DNA of 64,000 nucleotides from a bacterium (GTDB taxonomy: Bacteria > Bacteroidota > Bacteroidia > Chitinophagales > JADIYW01). The first letter of the stretch is position 1. Each line of letters begins with the position of its first letter. Where the stretch lies: assembly GCA_037189845.1 (NCBI GenBank), contig JBBCIS010000001.1, forward strand, positions 327,654-391,653. Reading direction: 5' to 3'. Under the pieces are notes generated by a model. The model did not search any database. It worked only from the letters and a program-made list of their open reading frames with translations, and had not been told where the DNA came from. Below, one piece after another: positions 46,880 through 55,363 of this stretch. The position numbers were made by a program, and so were the translations under genes.

Positions 46880-47533
46880 ATGGAAAATGCAAATTCAATG
46901 TCCAACCTTACACAATCTGTTTTGGAAAATAAAAACAAGCCTTTGTTTGAGTTTTTTACAGATGGATTGAAAGATATCTATTGGGCAGAAAAAGCAATAG
47001 AAGCATTGCTGAAAAAAAACAAATCTCTGGCGCATACCGAAGAGTTGAAAGAAGCATTGGAAGATCATGAGCTTCAGACTCAAAAGCATGCTTTACGCCT
47101 GGAGAAAATTTTTAACCGGATGAAAATGAAGGCTGAAGCCAAAAAGTGTGAAGCTGTTGCCGGAATTATAAAAGAGGCGGAAGAGGTGATTGGCAAGACG
47201 CCTGAAAAGTCTATGACAAGAGATGCTGTGATCATTATTGCTGCGCAGAAAATCGAGCATTATGAAATTGCAACCTATGGCGGTTTGCTGCAAATTGCTT
47301 TAACGTTCAACATGGATGCTATTGCGGACCTGCTGGAGAAAACGCTGGAGGAAGAAGAAGAAACAGATCTGTTGCTTTCTGATATCGCCGAGTCTTTTAT
47401 CAACCTGGAAGCATCTCAGGAAGATGAGGACAATGAAAGTAATAAAGATGATGAAGATGAAGCTCAAAAAGAGAGCGACAAAAAGAAAGCGGCCGGTTCA
47501 AAATCATTGTCCTCCGAAAAAGTAAAAGGATAG
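46880..47533 (+). CDS. DUF892 (YciE/YciF-like) ferritin-like stress protein with acidic C-terminal tail
   Basis: FTDGLKDIYWAEKAIEALL..., EDHELQTQKHALRLEKIF and IEHYEIATYGGL match the DUF892 four-helix pattern. Confidence 0.8.
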   Translation: MENANSMSNLTQSVLENKNKPLFEFFTDGLKDIYWAEKAIEALLKKNKSLAHTEELKEALEDHELQTQKHALRLEKIFNRMKMKAEAKKCEAVAGIIKEAEEVIGKTPEKSMTRDAVIIIAAQKIEHYEIATYGGLLQIALTFNMDAIADLLEKTLEEEEETDLLLSDIAESFINLEASQEDEDNESNKDDEDEAQKESDKKKAAGSKSLSSEKVKG

Positions 47534-47570
47534 AATAGAAAGAAGCCAATCATCTGTAAAACAGGGATAG

Positions 47571-47600
47571 GAGGTGGGTGAATAGGCTCACCTCTTTTTT
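47571..47600 (+). terminator. rho-independent terminator
   Basis: gaggtg...cacctc followed by tttttt, about 40 nt after the DUF892 stop. Confidence 0.6.
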
Positions 47601-47628
47601 ATATTATTGGTCTATAGATTGGAGTATC

Positions 47629-47727
47629 TTATGCTATGCCCTCACAATCTTCGTTCAAGATTGGTACAAGCACCAACTTAGAACTTATTGAGTTTTTCAG
47701 AGTATAAGATGTAGAGCAATATGGCAT
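47629..47727 (-). pseudogene. duplicated, frameshifted 5' fragment of the GIY-YIG gene
   Basis: 47625..47775 is a near-copy of 47985..48125 and includes the hairpin and the tRNA 3' end. A 2-nt insertion (atgtagAGcaatatgg) breaks the frame after MPYC. Confidence 0.7.
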
Positions 47728-47761
47728 AAAATAAGAAAGCCACTCTTTTGGAGTGGCTTTG

Positions 47762-47849
47762 TGATCCCGCTGGTCCCGAAATCTTTCGGGAGTACCCAGG
47801 ACCTTCACGATTACAAATCGGGATGCTCTACCAGCTGAGCTACGAAATG
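47762..47849 (-). pseudogene. tRNA-derived chimeric pseudogene (Phe-like 5' part, UGU anticodon loop, Lys-like 3' end, T-loop replaced by a hairpin)
   Basis: The minus strand reads CATTTCGTAGCTCAGCTGGTAGAGCATCCCGATTTGTAATCGTGAAGGTCCTGGGTACTCCCGAAAGATTTCGGGACCAGCGGGATCA. It has a C1:C72 mismatch and a mismatch in the anticodon stem, and TTCGAAT is replaced by TCCCGAAA-GA-TTTCGGGA. Confidence 0.6.
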
Positions 47850-48079
47850 AGTGATTCGATATATTTTCTGGATTTCTTCTTTTTGATTTCTCGTTCCCGT
47901 TTTTTAGCATCTTCCAGCGTTTCAAATTCTTCCTTGTAAACTAGATTCCACGGTAGTCCGAGAGATGTAAATTTGGAATGTCCGATGCTATGCTCATATA
48001 ATCTTCGCTCAAGATTGGTACAAGCTCCAACATAGAACTTATTGAGTTTTTCAGAGTATAAGATGTAGCAATATGGCAT
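47840..48079 (-). CDS. GIY-YIG nuclease-family small protein
   Basis: MPYCYILYSEKLNKFYVGACTNLERRLYEHSIGHSKFTSLGLPWNLVYKEEFETLEDAKKREREIKKKKSRKYIESLIS carries the YILYS...FYVG...R...EH...E...A...RE..IK GIY-YIG (URI) pattern. The start is moved to the Met after the tRNA terminator. The stop lies inside the pseudo-tRNA. Confidence 0.85.
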   Translation of the reverse strand: MPYCYILYSEKLNKFYVGACTNLERRLYEHSIGHSKFTSLGLPWNLVYKEEFETLEDAKKREREIKKKKSRKYIESLIS

Positions 48080-48087
48080 AAATAAGA

Positions 48088-48111
48088 AAGCCACCCTTTT
48101 GGAGTGGCTTT
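48088..48111 (-). terminator. hairpin terminator after the tRNA-Lys variant
   Basis: The minus strand reads AAGCCACTCC-AAAA-GGGTGGCTT followed by TCTTATTTAT. The same hairpin is duplicated at 47738..47760. Confidence 0.6.
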
Positions 48112-48112
48112 G

Positions 48113-48185
48113 TGATCCCGCTGGGATTCGAACCCAGGACCCATACATTAAAAGTGTCTTGCTCTACCAGCTGAGCTACGAAATC
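48113..48185 (-). tRNA. tRNA-Lys(UUU), divergent copy
   Basis: GATTTCGTAGCTCAGCTGGTAGAGCAAGACACTTTTAATGTATGGGTCCTGGGTTCGAATCCCAGCGGGATCA forms a cloverleaf. It differs from the 48480..48552 copy at 2 positions, one of which creates a G:A mismatch in the anticodon stem. Confidence 0.75.
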
Positions 48186-48230
48186 CTTTTTGTTAATTTT
48201 ATAGATGCTAACATCATCTTGAAATCGCTT

Positions 48231-48291
48231 TTCGAACCTATGACCCTCCCGATTTTCAATCGGGATGCTCTACCAGCTGAGCTACGAAATC
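48231..48291 (-). pseudogene. tRNA-Phe(GAA) lacking a pairable T-stem 3' strand and acceptor 3' strand (truncated or rearranged)
   Basis: In GATTTCGTAGCTCAGCTGGTAGAGCATCCCGATTGAAAATCGGGAGGGTCATAGGTTCGAAA, the acceptor 5' strand, D arm and anticodon arm (loop TTGAAAA) are perfect. The sequence after the T-loop (AGCGATTTCAAG) cannot pair with ATAGG or GATTTCG. Confidence 0.6.
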
Positions 48292-48357
48292 TTTCCTGAT
48301 AATTTTTAGAGATGTTTATCACATCTTTTACTTTGTTTCCTGTTCGGATTGCTGTTG

Positions 48358-48440
48358 TGCCCACGACTGGACTCGAACCAGCACATCCGTAGGAAACCAC
48401 CCCCTCAAGATGGCGTGTCTACCAATTTCACCACGTGGGC
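48358..48440 (-). tRNA. tRNA-Leu(GAG), type II with long variable arm
   Basis: GCCCACG-TG-GTG-AAATTGGTAGA-CAC-G-CCATC-TTGAGGG-GGTGG-TTTCCTACGGATGTG-GCTGG... Acceptor GCCCACG/CGTGGGC, T arm GCTGG-TTCGAGT-CCAGT, discriminator A. Confidence 0.9.
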
Positions 48441-48479
48441 AGTAGTTTCTTAAAGAACTTTTATCCTTCCGGATTTTTG

Positions 48480-48552
48480 TGATCCCGCTGGGATTCGAAC
48501 CCAGGACCCATACATTAAAAGTGTATTGCTCTACCAGCTGAGCTACGGAATC
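48480..48552 (-). tRNA. tRNA-Lys(UUU)
   Basis: GATTCCG-TA-GCTC-AGCTGGTA-GAGC-A-ATACA-CTTTTAA-TGTAT-GGGTC-CTGGG-TTCGAAT-CCCAG-CGGGATC-A folds as a perfect cloverleaf. Confidence 0.92.
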
Positions 48553-48574
48553 TTGTGCTTTTTCAAAGCGTGTG

Positions 48575-48606
48575 CAAATATATGAACTTATGACTTAAAT
48601 GCAATA
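48575..48606 (-). promoter_or_regulatory. candidate Bacteroidota-type promoter for the tRNA cluster
   Basis: The minus strand reads TTGCATTTAAGTCATAAGTTCATATATTTG. A -33-like TTG lies about 19 nt upstream of TAtaTTTG (-7 consensus TAnnTTTG), about 22 nt upstream of the tRNA-Lys 5' end. Confidence 0.4.
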
Positions 48607-48729
48607 GTTCCCGGGAAATTATTCGACTTTTTTCAAGGTTTTTTTCTTTTCAGATAATGAATGAAATCCTGGTTATAATTCATCAAAAAAGTAATTAGCA
48701 GAAAACTAAAGGTCTATGTATATCTGTTT

Positions 48730-49116
48730 TTAATTCAGAATAACACCGTCTGCCACAAATTCATACTGATCTTTTTCAGTATTATGGCTTCCGTTCCCGA
48801 TCAGGGTCACCTTTTTACCATCTATTTTCTTAGCTGTAGTAAAAGCATCGTCCTTATACGAAACAAAGAGTTTTTTGCCGGCTTCGTTTTCTAATGTCAT
48901 CCAGCATCCTCTGTGTGAGCAGGATTTTTCAATGATACCGCTTACCTGAGTTTTTGCAGTATCGTTATTGTCGATTGCTGTAATCAGCTGATCGGTGGTG
49001 ACAGGTGCATTTACATCAAATTTTTCTCCGTAAAAGATTTTTACACCTTCACTGTTGCTGCTGCATGCTGTCATAATAGCTGCAGCAACCAGACTTAATA
49101 TCCAGGTTCTCATCAT
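48730..49116 (-). CDS. DUF4920-like lipoprotein
   Basis: 128 aa with lipobox AAIMTAC|S and the central SCSHRGCWMTL motif, as I recall it for DUF4920. Confidence 0.65.
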   Translation of the reverse strand: MMRTWILSLVAAAIMTACSSNSEGVKIFYGEKFDVNAPVTTDQLITAIDNNDTAKTQVSGIIEKSCSHRGCWMTLENEAGKKLFVSYKDDAFTTAKKIDGKKVTLIGNGSHNTEKDQYEFVADGVILN

Positions 49117-49119
49117 GTT

Positions 49120-49809
49120 CTAGTCTCTTATTTTTATAGTTTCTACCGGTCGTTTGTCTTTAAAGACATAAATTTTTATCAATGTGCCGGTAGTGTCAAA
49201 AATTTTAATTTCTCCGTCCTCAATGTCATTCAGATAATTACCTTCAGCTGAAATGTTCCCATTGGTATGGTATTCCTTGAAGCTACCTTCTTTTAATCCA
49301 TTTGTATATGTGCCTTCTGCTTCTGTTTGCCCATCCGGGTAATATTGCTTAAAAGGCCCGTTTTCAACTCCATTGCTCATAAAAACGGATTCCTTCAATC
49401 TCCCGGCCGGCTCTTTATAGTAGGTTTTTAATTCACCATCGAATTGTCCGTCTTTAAATGTTCCAAACTGTCTGGGCGCTCCATCTTCATAAAATGACTG
49501 ATATGGGCCGTTGTATTGATTCTGAATATAATTTTCGACAATGCTGATCTGGCCATTGGGATAGTATAAAACTCTTTGTCCCTCGATATTTCCATCAGAA
49601 TACTGTATTCTTTCCAGAGTATCTCCTTTGGGAGATATTCTTACATAAAGCCCGTCTTTTTTATTTGTGTCAGCTTTTAAAACAGAGTATAATTCAGTAT
49701 CACCGTTTTGAGATTTTTTTTCAATCTTTTTTGTTTTCTCCTGTTTACAATTAAGCAACAGGAAAATGCTGAGGCCAATAACAGGTATGAGGATGCGAGG
49801 TTTTCTCAT
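49120..49809 (-). CDS. MORN-variant repeat (YwqK-like) lipoprotein
   Basis: 229 aa with a signal/lipobox (LLLNCKQ) and repeated G-x-[YF]-x-x-[YF]-Y-x-[ND]-G-x units (GPYQSFYEDGAP, GELKTYYKEPAG, GPFKQYYPDGQT, GSFKEYHTNGNI). Confidence 0.75.
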   Translation of the reverse strand: MRKPRILIPVIGLSIFLLLNCKQEKTKKIEKKSQNGDTELYSVLKADTNKKDGLYVRISPKGDTLERIQYSDGNIEGQRVLYYPNGQISIVENYIQNQYNGPYQSFYEDGAPRQFGTFKDGQFDGELKTYYKEPAGRLKESVFMSNGVENGPFKQYYPDGQTEAEGTYTNGLKEGSFKEYHTNGNISAEGNYLNDIEDGEIKIFDTTGTLIKIYVFKDKRPVETIKIRD

Positions 49810-49916
49810 GGTTTGTCTTTAGAAAAACAACGTTAAAATAGCTGATAACTTTTATGATTACAAATAAAAAATGCCCAAGACAGTGCCTGGGCATTTAAGT
49901 TTATTGTTTTGGATGA

Positions 49917-51866
49917 TTAATCGTTGGGAATTGCTCCTTCCGCATGATGTTCAATTTCTGAAGGTCGTATTCCTATTAAATCTTCAAGGTCGGATTTGAA
50001 CAGAATTTCTTTTTTGAGCAAAGCCTGAGCGATGATTTCCAGCTGCTCTCTTTTTTCGTTCAGCAATACCTTGGTTCTTTCATAAGCAACTTGTACTATA
50101 TTTCTCACTTCTTCATCAATCTCCCGTGCAGTAGCTTCTGAATATGGCTTGGTAAATGCATTTTCATTGGCAGGATCGTAGAATGAAAGATTTCCGATTT
50201 TTTCATTCATACCGTATACCGTCACCATCCCATAAGCCATGTTTGTGATGCGCTGTAAGTCGTTTTGTGCTCCGGTAGAGATCTTATTAAAGACAATATC
50301 TTCTGCAACTCTGCCTCCAAGCGTCATACACATCATATCGTACAGCTGCTCTGTACGGTACAGGTATTGCTCTTTCGGCAGATATTGGGCGTATCCTAAA
50401 GCAGCTTCTCCTCTAGGGATGATCGTCACTTTCAGCAATGGATCAGCATGTTCCAGATACCAGCCGCAGATAGCGTGTCCGGCTTCGTGGTATGCGATGA
50501 TTTCTTTTTCCTGAGGAGAGATGATTTTATTTTTCTTCTCCAGACCGCCGATCACTCTGTCGATAGCGTTATTGAAGTCATCTATCTGCACCAAAGATTT
50601 ATTTTTTCTCGCAGCAATTAAAGCTGCCTCATTACATACGTTAGCAATATCAGCTCCTGCAAATCCCGGTGTAAGAGAAGCCAGCTTTTCAGGCCTTACT
50701 TCCGGGTCAAGCTTTAATTTTTTCAGGTGAACTTTAAAGATTTGCTCTCTTCCTTTCTGATCAGGCTTGTCGATAGAGATCTGCCTGTCGAATCTTCCCG
50801 GTCTCAGCAATGCAGGGTCGAGTACATCCGGTCTGTTGGTAGCTGCAAGTATAATGATGCCTGTGTCACCACCGAAACCGTCCATTTCTACTAGCATCTG
50901 GTTGAGCGTGTTTTCACGTTCGTCATTGCTTTGGAGCATGTTTTTACCTCTGGCACGACCGATAGCATCTATCTCGTCAATAAATATGATACAAGGTGCT
51001 TTTTCACGTGCCTGCTTGAATAAATCTCTTACTCTTGATGCACCAACCCCTACGAACATTTCTACGAAGTCAGAACCTGATAATGAGAAGAATGGTACCT
51101 TTGCTTCACCTGCTACAGCTTTTGCAAGTAAGGTTTTACCTGTCCCCGGAGAACCTACGAGTAACATCCCTTTAGGAATACTACCTCCCAGATTTGTATA
51201 TTTTTGAGGATTTTTGAGGAAATCTACGACTTCTTTTACTTCTTCTTTGGCTTCATCCAAACCAGCAACATCATCAAAAGTAATGCTCACCTGAGTAGAA
51301 TCTTTATCGTAAAGCGATGCTTTGGATTTACCGATATTAAAGATTTGTCCGCCCGGACCGCCCATGTTATTACCTACCCGGCGCATCATGAACATCCATA
51401 ATGCCACCAACAGCAGTATAGGCAAGACCCATGAAAGGATAATACCCAGCATGTTTTCTCTTTTGACATATTCTACATTAATGCTTTTGTCAGCTGGCAG
51501 CGTTTCCAGTTTTTTATCTACCTGTTCCTGAAAATAATCTTTGGAAGGAATCGTAAATGTGTAATGAGGGCCGGAATTATTCATGCCCATTTTAGATTTT
51601 CCTACCTTTTCATATTTCTTGTTTTCAAGCGCTTTTTCTGTTAAATAGACTTCTACATTGTCTTCATTGACAACTACAACTCTTTTAATATCACCGCTGG
51701 GTAATAGCTCGTTTAAAAATTTACTGGTTGAGATTTTATTGGTGCTGTTGTTCATTGAGAACATCTGCGATCCAAGAATCAGGACAATCACAATGGCGTA
51801 AATCCAATAAAAATTGAATTTACTCTTCTTTGGAGATTTGTTGTTTTTATCAGGTAGTCCTTCCAT
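49917..51866 (-). CDS. ftsH: ATP-dependent zinc metalloprotease FtsH
   Basis: 649 aa with two TM segments, an AAA module ([41 protein letters not shown]) and the HEAGH Zn site. Confidence 0.97.
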   Translation of the reverse strand: MEGLPDKNNKSPKKSKFNFYWIYAIVIVLILGSQMFSMNNSTNKISTSKFLNELLPSGDIKRVVVVNEDNVEVYLTEKALENKKYEKVGKSKMGMNNSGPHYTFTIPSKDYFQEQVDKKLETLPADKSINVEYVKRENMLGIILSWVLPILLLVALWMFMMRRVGNNMGGPGGQIFNIGKSKASLYDKDSTQVSITFDDVAGLDEAKEEVKEVVDFLKNPQKYTNLGGSIPKGMLLVGSPGTGKTLLAKAVAGEAKVPFFSLSGSDFVEMFVGVGASRVRDLFKQAREKAPCIIFIDEIDAIGRARGKNMLQSNDERENTLNQMLVEMDGFGGDTGIIILAATNRPDVLDPALLRPGRFDRQISIDKPDQKGREQIFKVHLKKLKLDPEVRPEKLASLTPGFAGADIANVCNEAALIAARKNKSLVQIDDFNNAIDRVIGGLEKKNKIISPQEKEIIAYHEAGHAICGWYLEHADPLLKVTIIPRGEAALGYAQYLPKEQYLYRTEQLYDMMCMTLGGRVAEDIVFNKISTGAQNDLQRITNMAYGMVTVYGMNEKIGNLSFYDPANENAFTKPYSEATAREIDEEVRNIVQVAYERTKVLLNEKREQLEIIAQALLKKEILFKSDLEDLIGIRPSEIEHHAEGAIPND

Positions 51867-51886
51867 TTATACTTAAAGATTCGTTA

Positions 51887-52270
51887 TTAAAGATTTTCAT
51901 ATATTTTGATAGTTGCATCGTTCCATAGATCTTCCAGCTGGTAATGTTCTCTGGCTTCGGTTTGAAAAACATGTACTACAATGTCTCCCGTATCTGCCAA
52001 TGCCCATTGTCCGTTACTTCTACCTTCTATATGTACGTTATTTAATCCAACAATATTTATTAATTCATGTTCAACATTATCTACAATTGCTCTGACTTGT
52101 GTTGTAGAATCTGCATGACAAATTATGAAATAATCTGCAACTGCCTCAGGAATGTTGGTAAGATTTAAGCTAATAATATCCTTTCCCTTTTTATCCTGAA
52201 TGAAACCTACTATCAGCTCAGCAATTGCATCTGTATTGAGTGGTTTTATGATTGATTTTATTACAGTCAA
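51887..52270 (-). CDS. rsfS: ribosome silencing factor RsfS
   Basis: 127 aa with ADYFIICHADSTTQVRAI and WALADTGDIVVHVFQTEAREHYQLEDLW, the canonical RsfS/Iojap pattern, downstream of ftsH. Confidence 0.92.
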   Translation of the reverse strand: MTVIKSIIKPLNTDAIAELIVGFIQDKKGKDIISLNLTNIPEAVADYFIICHADSTTQVRAIVDNVEHELINIVGLNNVHIEGRSNGQWALADTGDIVVHVFQTEAREHYQLEDLWNDATIKIYENL

Positions 52271-52322
52271 ATTTTTCGTTTAAAGTTGCTAAATATATAA
52301 TTTCACAAAAAGCAAAATAAAA

Positions 52323-53084
52323 TTGGATTCTACCTCATTTAACACATTATTTACGGGAAAGTTCCTTATAAATCTAAGTGAAATTGATTCTACAAACAAT
52401 TTTATGAAAAACTGGATGTCAAATAATGCGCCAATAGAAGGAACTGTCATATTGGCTGAAAGCCAAACAGCCGGTAGGGGACAAGCCGGTACTTCTTGGC
52501 AGAGCAAGCCCGGAGATAATATCACAATGTCACTTTTGTATCAGCCTAAGTTTATTCCGGCACGTGATCAGTTTGTTTTAAGCGCGATGGTTGCTTTGTC
52601 TGTTTTTGAGCTGATCAGTGAATTTTTACCTCAGAGCCGGATAGAGGTGAAGTGGCCCAACGATATCATGGCGGACAGGCAGAAAATCTGTGGTATTCTG
52701 ATCGAAAACAGCATTCAGGGGAGCAGTCTGCAGAATAGTATTATTGGTATCGGTCTGAATGTTTTACAGGAAGATTTTGGAGAATTGTCTACAGCCACGT
52801 CTATGTATCTGAAAGGTTTTACAGGAAAAAAGGAGCAGATCTTAACAAGAATGCTTGAATTGCTGGAAAAAAACTACTTGTTGCTGAAAGCGGGAAAAGG
52901 CAATCAGCTTTTAGAAGAATATCATCAGGTACTATTGGGAAAAGATGAAATATTAAAATTTTCTGACCATCAGACCGAGTTTTATGGCGTGATTCAGGGA
53001 GTAGAGGACGATGGACGTCTGGCGATTTCTTCAGGAGACGGAGTACGGCATTTTTATCATAAAGAAGTCGTATTTCTGATCTAG
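52323..53084 (+). CDS. birA: biotin--[acetyl-CoA-carboxylase] ligase (group I BirA, no HTH)
   Basis: TTG start. Features are SQTAGRGQAGTSWQS (the GRGRxGRxW-type biotin loop), KWPNDI and ICGILIE. Confidence 0.88.
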   Translation: MDSTSFNTLFTGKFLINLSEIDSTNNFMKNWMSNNAPIEGTVILAESQTAGRGQAGTSWQSKPGDNITMSLLYQPKFIPARDQFVLSAMVALSVFELISEFLPQSRIEVKWPNDIMADRQKICGILIENSIQGSSLQNSIIGIGLNVLQEDFGELSTATSMYLKGFTGKKEQILTRMLELLEKNYLLLKAGKGNQLLEEYHQVLLGKDEILKFSDHQTEFYGVIQGVEDDGRLAISSGDGVRHFYHKEVVFLI

Positions 53085-53089
53085 TGTTA

Positions 53090-54004
53090 TTATTTTGGTT
53101 GGATTTCAATGATTCTTGTATCTCTTTTGTATTGGGTCAGAGAGGTATTGATTTTTGAATTAACGCTCATCAACGGCCAGCCGCTGTTATGTATCTGATT
53201 GACCAGAGTGGTGATTTGCTGTAAATGAGACAAATCATAGTTGTCAATTTCCTGTTGGGATTCCGGCGGGAATACTTTTCTGAGATATTGCTTGGCTGCC
53301 TGATCAATTACCTGTGGCTCTATAGCTTGTACACTCACAAGCGTATAAGTGTCTTTCCCCAATTCATTGATATAGGAAATGAACTTCGCATCAGTAAGGG
53401 ATGCATCAAAATTATTGGGAATTTTCACATCCAGCGCTATTGTGTCCTGGCTGGAATATTTTATTCCGTAAAAATTGTGGATCTGTAAAATATCCTGAAT
53501 CGTATTACGGGTAAATGCTTCTTTTGTACCCAATATATTCTGAATGGTAGTTTCAAAGAACTGCTGCTCGTCAGGTGTCAGCTTGCTTTTGACTTCCTTG
53601 GTATATTGTTCCAGCTTTTCCTTGATAGCAGGATAATTGAGTACATCTCTGTATTCTCCCAGCTCATTCGTGCTGTAAACGATGGTCAGGTTATTATTGA
53701 ATTCAGATAACGCTTTTAAAACAGGAATGGGCGTTTGAAAATGATACTGATTGATTTTCCATTCCAGCGTATAACTTTTATCATCAGCATCCAGAACTGT
53801 CAGAGCTGCTAAATAATGGATGGTCTCATTGGATAAAGTATCGCTTCCTTTCATTTTTAAGGTATTATAAGTGACTTTGTAATTTTGGACGTCACCTTTT
53901 TGACCATAAAATATTGCCTGAACAGATTGACCTGTACTGTCGATCTGTGCCTGAGCTAATGAAAGAAAGAAGACTGTAGTGAGTATTGTAATAAAATGTT
54001 TCAT
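53090..54004 (-). CDS. secreted hypothetical protein
   Basis: 304 aa with signal peptide MKHFITILTTVFFLSLAQAQ. No family recognised. Confidence 0.65.
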   Translation of the reverse strand: MKHFITILTTVFFLSLAQAQIDSTGQSVQAIFYGQKGDVQNYKVTYNTLKMKGSDTLSNETIHYLAALTVLDADDKSYTLEWKINQYHFQTPIPVLKALSEFNNNLTIVYSTNELGEYRDVLNYPAIKEKLEQYTKEVKSKLTPDEQQFFETTIQNILGTKEAFTRNTIQDILQIHNFYGIKYSSQDTIALDVKIPNNFDASLTDAKFISYINELGKDTYTLVSVQAIEPQVIDQAAKQYLRKVFPPESQQEIDNYDLSHLQQITTLVNQIHNSGWPLMSVNSKINTSLTQYKRDTRIIEIQPK

Positions 54005-54109
54005 GATTTTGTGCGTGTATGAGTGTTTTTGAGGAAAGCGAATATATAGCTAATATGTAAGAATGTCGATGAATTAACTAACTTCGTTTGGAATCAAATC
54101 GTCTTCGTA

Positions 54110-54766
54110 ATGCCAACGAATACAGTAGAAAATTATCTGAAAGCAATTTATCATCTTTCCAATGAATCCAATGCTAAGGTGCAAACCAATCATCTGGCCA
54201 ATCATCTGGATGTAAAATCTTCTACTGTTACTGATATGATCAAAAAGCTGGAAGCGTCAGGATGGGTAACTTATGAGCCTTATCGCGGAGTGAGCCTCAC
54301 TGAATCGGGCAGAAAGGAAGCTGTGAATGTGATCCGTAAGCACAGGCTGTGGGAAGTTTTTCTGGTAGAGAAGCTTAAATTCAGCTGGAGTGATGTACAT
54401 CCGGTAGCCGAGCAGCTGGAACATGTAAATTCGCCTGAGCTGATTGACCAGCTGGATGCTTTTCTGGGATATCCTAAATGGGACCCGCACGGTGATCCTA
54501 TTCCGGATAAAAACGGAGTCATCATCCAAAGAGATTATGTAAAGCTTTCTGAAGCCGGCAAAGGCAAAGAAGTGGTAATGCTGGGAGTTTCGGAGGATAA
54601 TAAAAGCTTATTGGAATATCTTGAATTTTTACATTTGAAATTAGGTGTAAAAATAAAAGTGCTGGATGTAATGGAATTCGATGGTACGATGACCATTCAG
54701 ATTGATGACCAGAAAGTACAGATTTCACCTAAAGCTGCCGGTAAAGTTTTGGTGGCACATCAATAG
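54110..54766 (+). CDS. DtxR/MntR-family metal-dependent repressor with C-terminal FeoA-like domain
   Basis: TVENYLKAIYHL..., VTDMIKKLEASGWVTYEPYRGVSLTESGRKEAVNVIRKHRLWEVFL and HPVAEQLEH form the canonical DtxR N-terminus and dimerisation domain. Confidence 0.88.
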   Translation: MPTNTVENYLKAIYHLSNESNAKVQTNHLANHLDVKSSTVTDMIKKLEASGWVTYEPYRGVSLTESGRKEAVNVIRKHRLWEVFLVEKLKFSWSDVHPVAEQLEHVNSPELIDQLDAFLGYPKWDPHGDPIPDKNGVIIQRDYVKLSEAGKGKEVVMLGVSEDNKSLLEYLEFLHLKLGVKIKVLDVMEFDGTMTIQIDDQKVQISPKAAGKVLVAHQ

Positions 54767-54812
54767 GCTTTTGTCTCAAAGTCGATTGGCTTAACTTCTC
54801 AATAGCTGGTAC

Positions 54813-55358
54813 TCAATATTCAATACCTGTTGCTAATTCCTCCCGGATAATATTGAGTTCTGTCGCAGCTTGAAAAATAGTTTCTTTGAATACATCCAGA
54901 GAAATCTGATGTCCGTTTGAGGGATGTTCGATAATGTGAACCTGGTCAATAATATTCTGCTGGTGCAGCCATCGTCTGGTAGACAGAGGATCTACAGTAG
55001 TATCCTGCATGCCGAGAAAAATCACCTGCTTATGATTTGTGATCTCAATTTTTTCAGAAACAAGTCCCGGATCTATTCTTCTGAATGCTAATGCAGGATT
55101 GAAAAGTAAAGCAGGGATCTGAAGATATTGACTGAGCCAGAAAGCAGAATATCCGCCTAATGAGCTTCCGATGAGCCAGTCGGCTTTGAATTCCGTGGCC
55201 AGCTGCTTTAATCTGCTGAATGTACCTGTCGCCTCTTTGTAATGGATCTGAGGAGCTATGACGGCGCATCCCAGATCAGCAATTGCAGAGGTCTTTGATG
55301 CTATCGGGCTACTTTCAAATCCATGAATGTAGAGTACACATGGTTTACCTTGGTACAT
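54813..55358 (-). CDS. YqiA/YcfP-like alpha/beta hydrolase (esterase)
   Basis: 181 aa with VLYIHGFESSP, GSSLGG (nucleophile elbow) and a C-terminal His region. Confidence 0.7.
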   Translation of the reverse strand: MYQGKPCVLYIHGFESSPIASKTSAIADLGCAVIAPQIHYKEATGTFSRLKQLATEFKADWLIGSSLGGYSAFWLSQYLQIPALLFNPALAFRRIDPGLVSEKIEITNHKQVIFLGMQDTTVDPLSTRRWLHQQNIIDQVHIIEHPSNGHQISLDVFKETIFQAATELNIIREELATGIEY

Positions 55359-55363
55359 ACCTT

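Noticed and set aside
47748-48400. Tracked ORFs overlapping the tRNA cluster: 47748..47939 plus, 48099..48299 plus, 48176..48400 minus and 47941..48144 minus.
   Set aside because: These are translations of tRNA genes and their antisense strands (the typical ...LYQLSYE... and ...AGIRTQDP... strings), not proteins.
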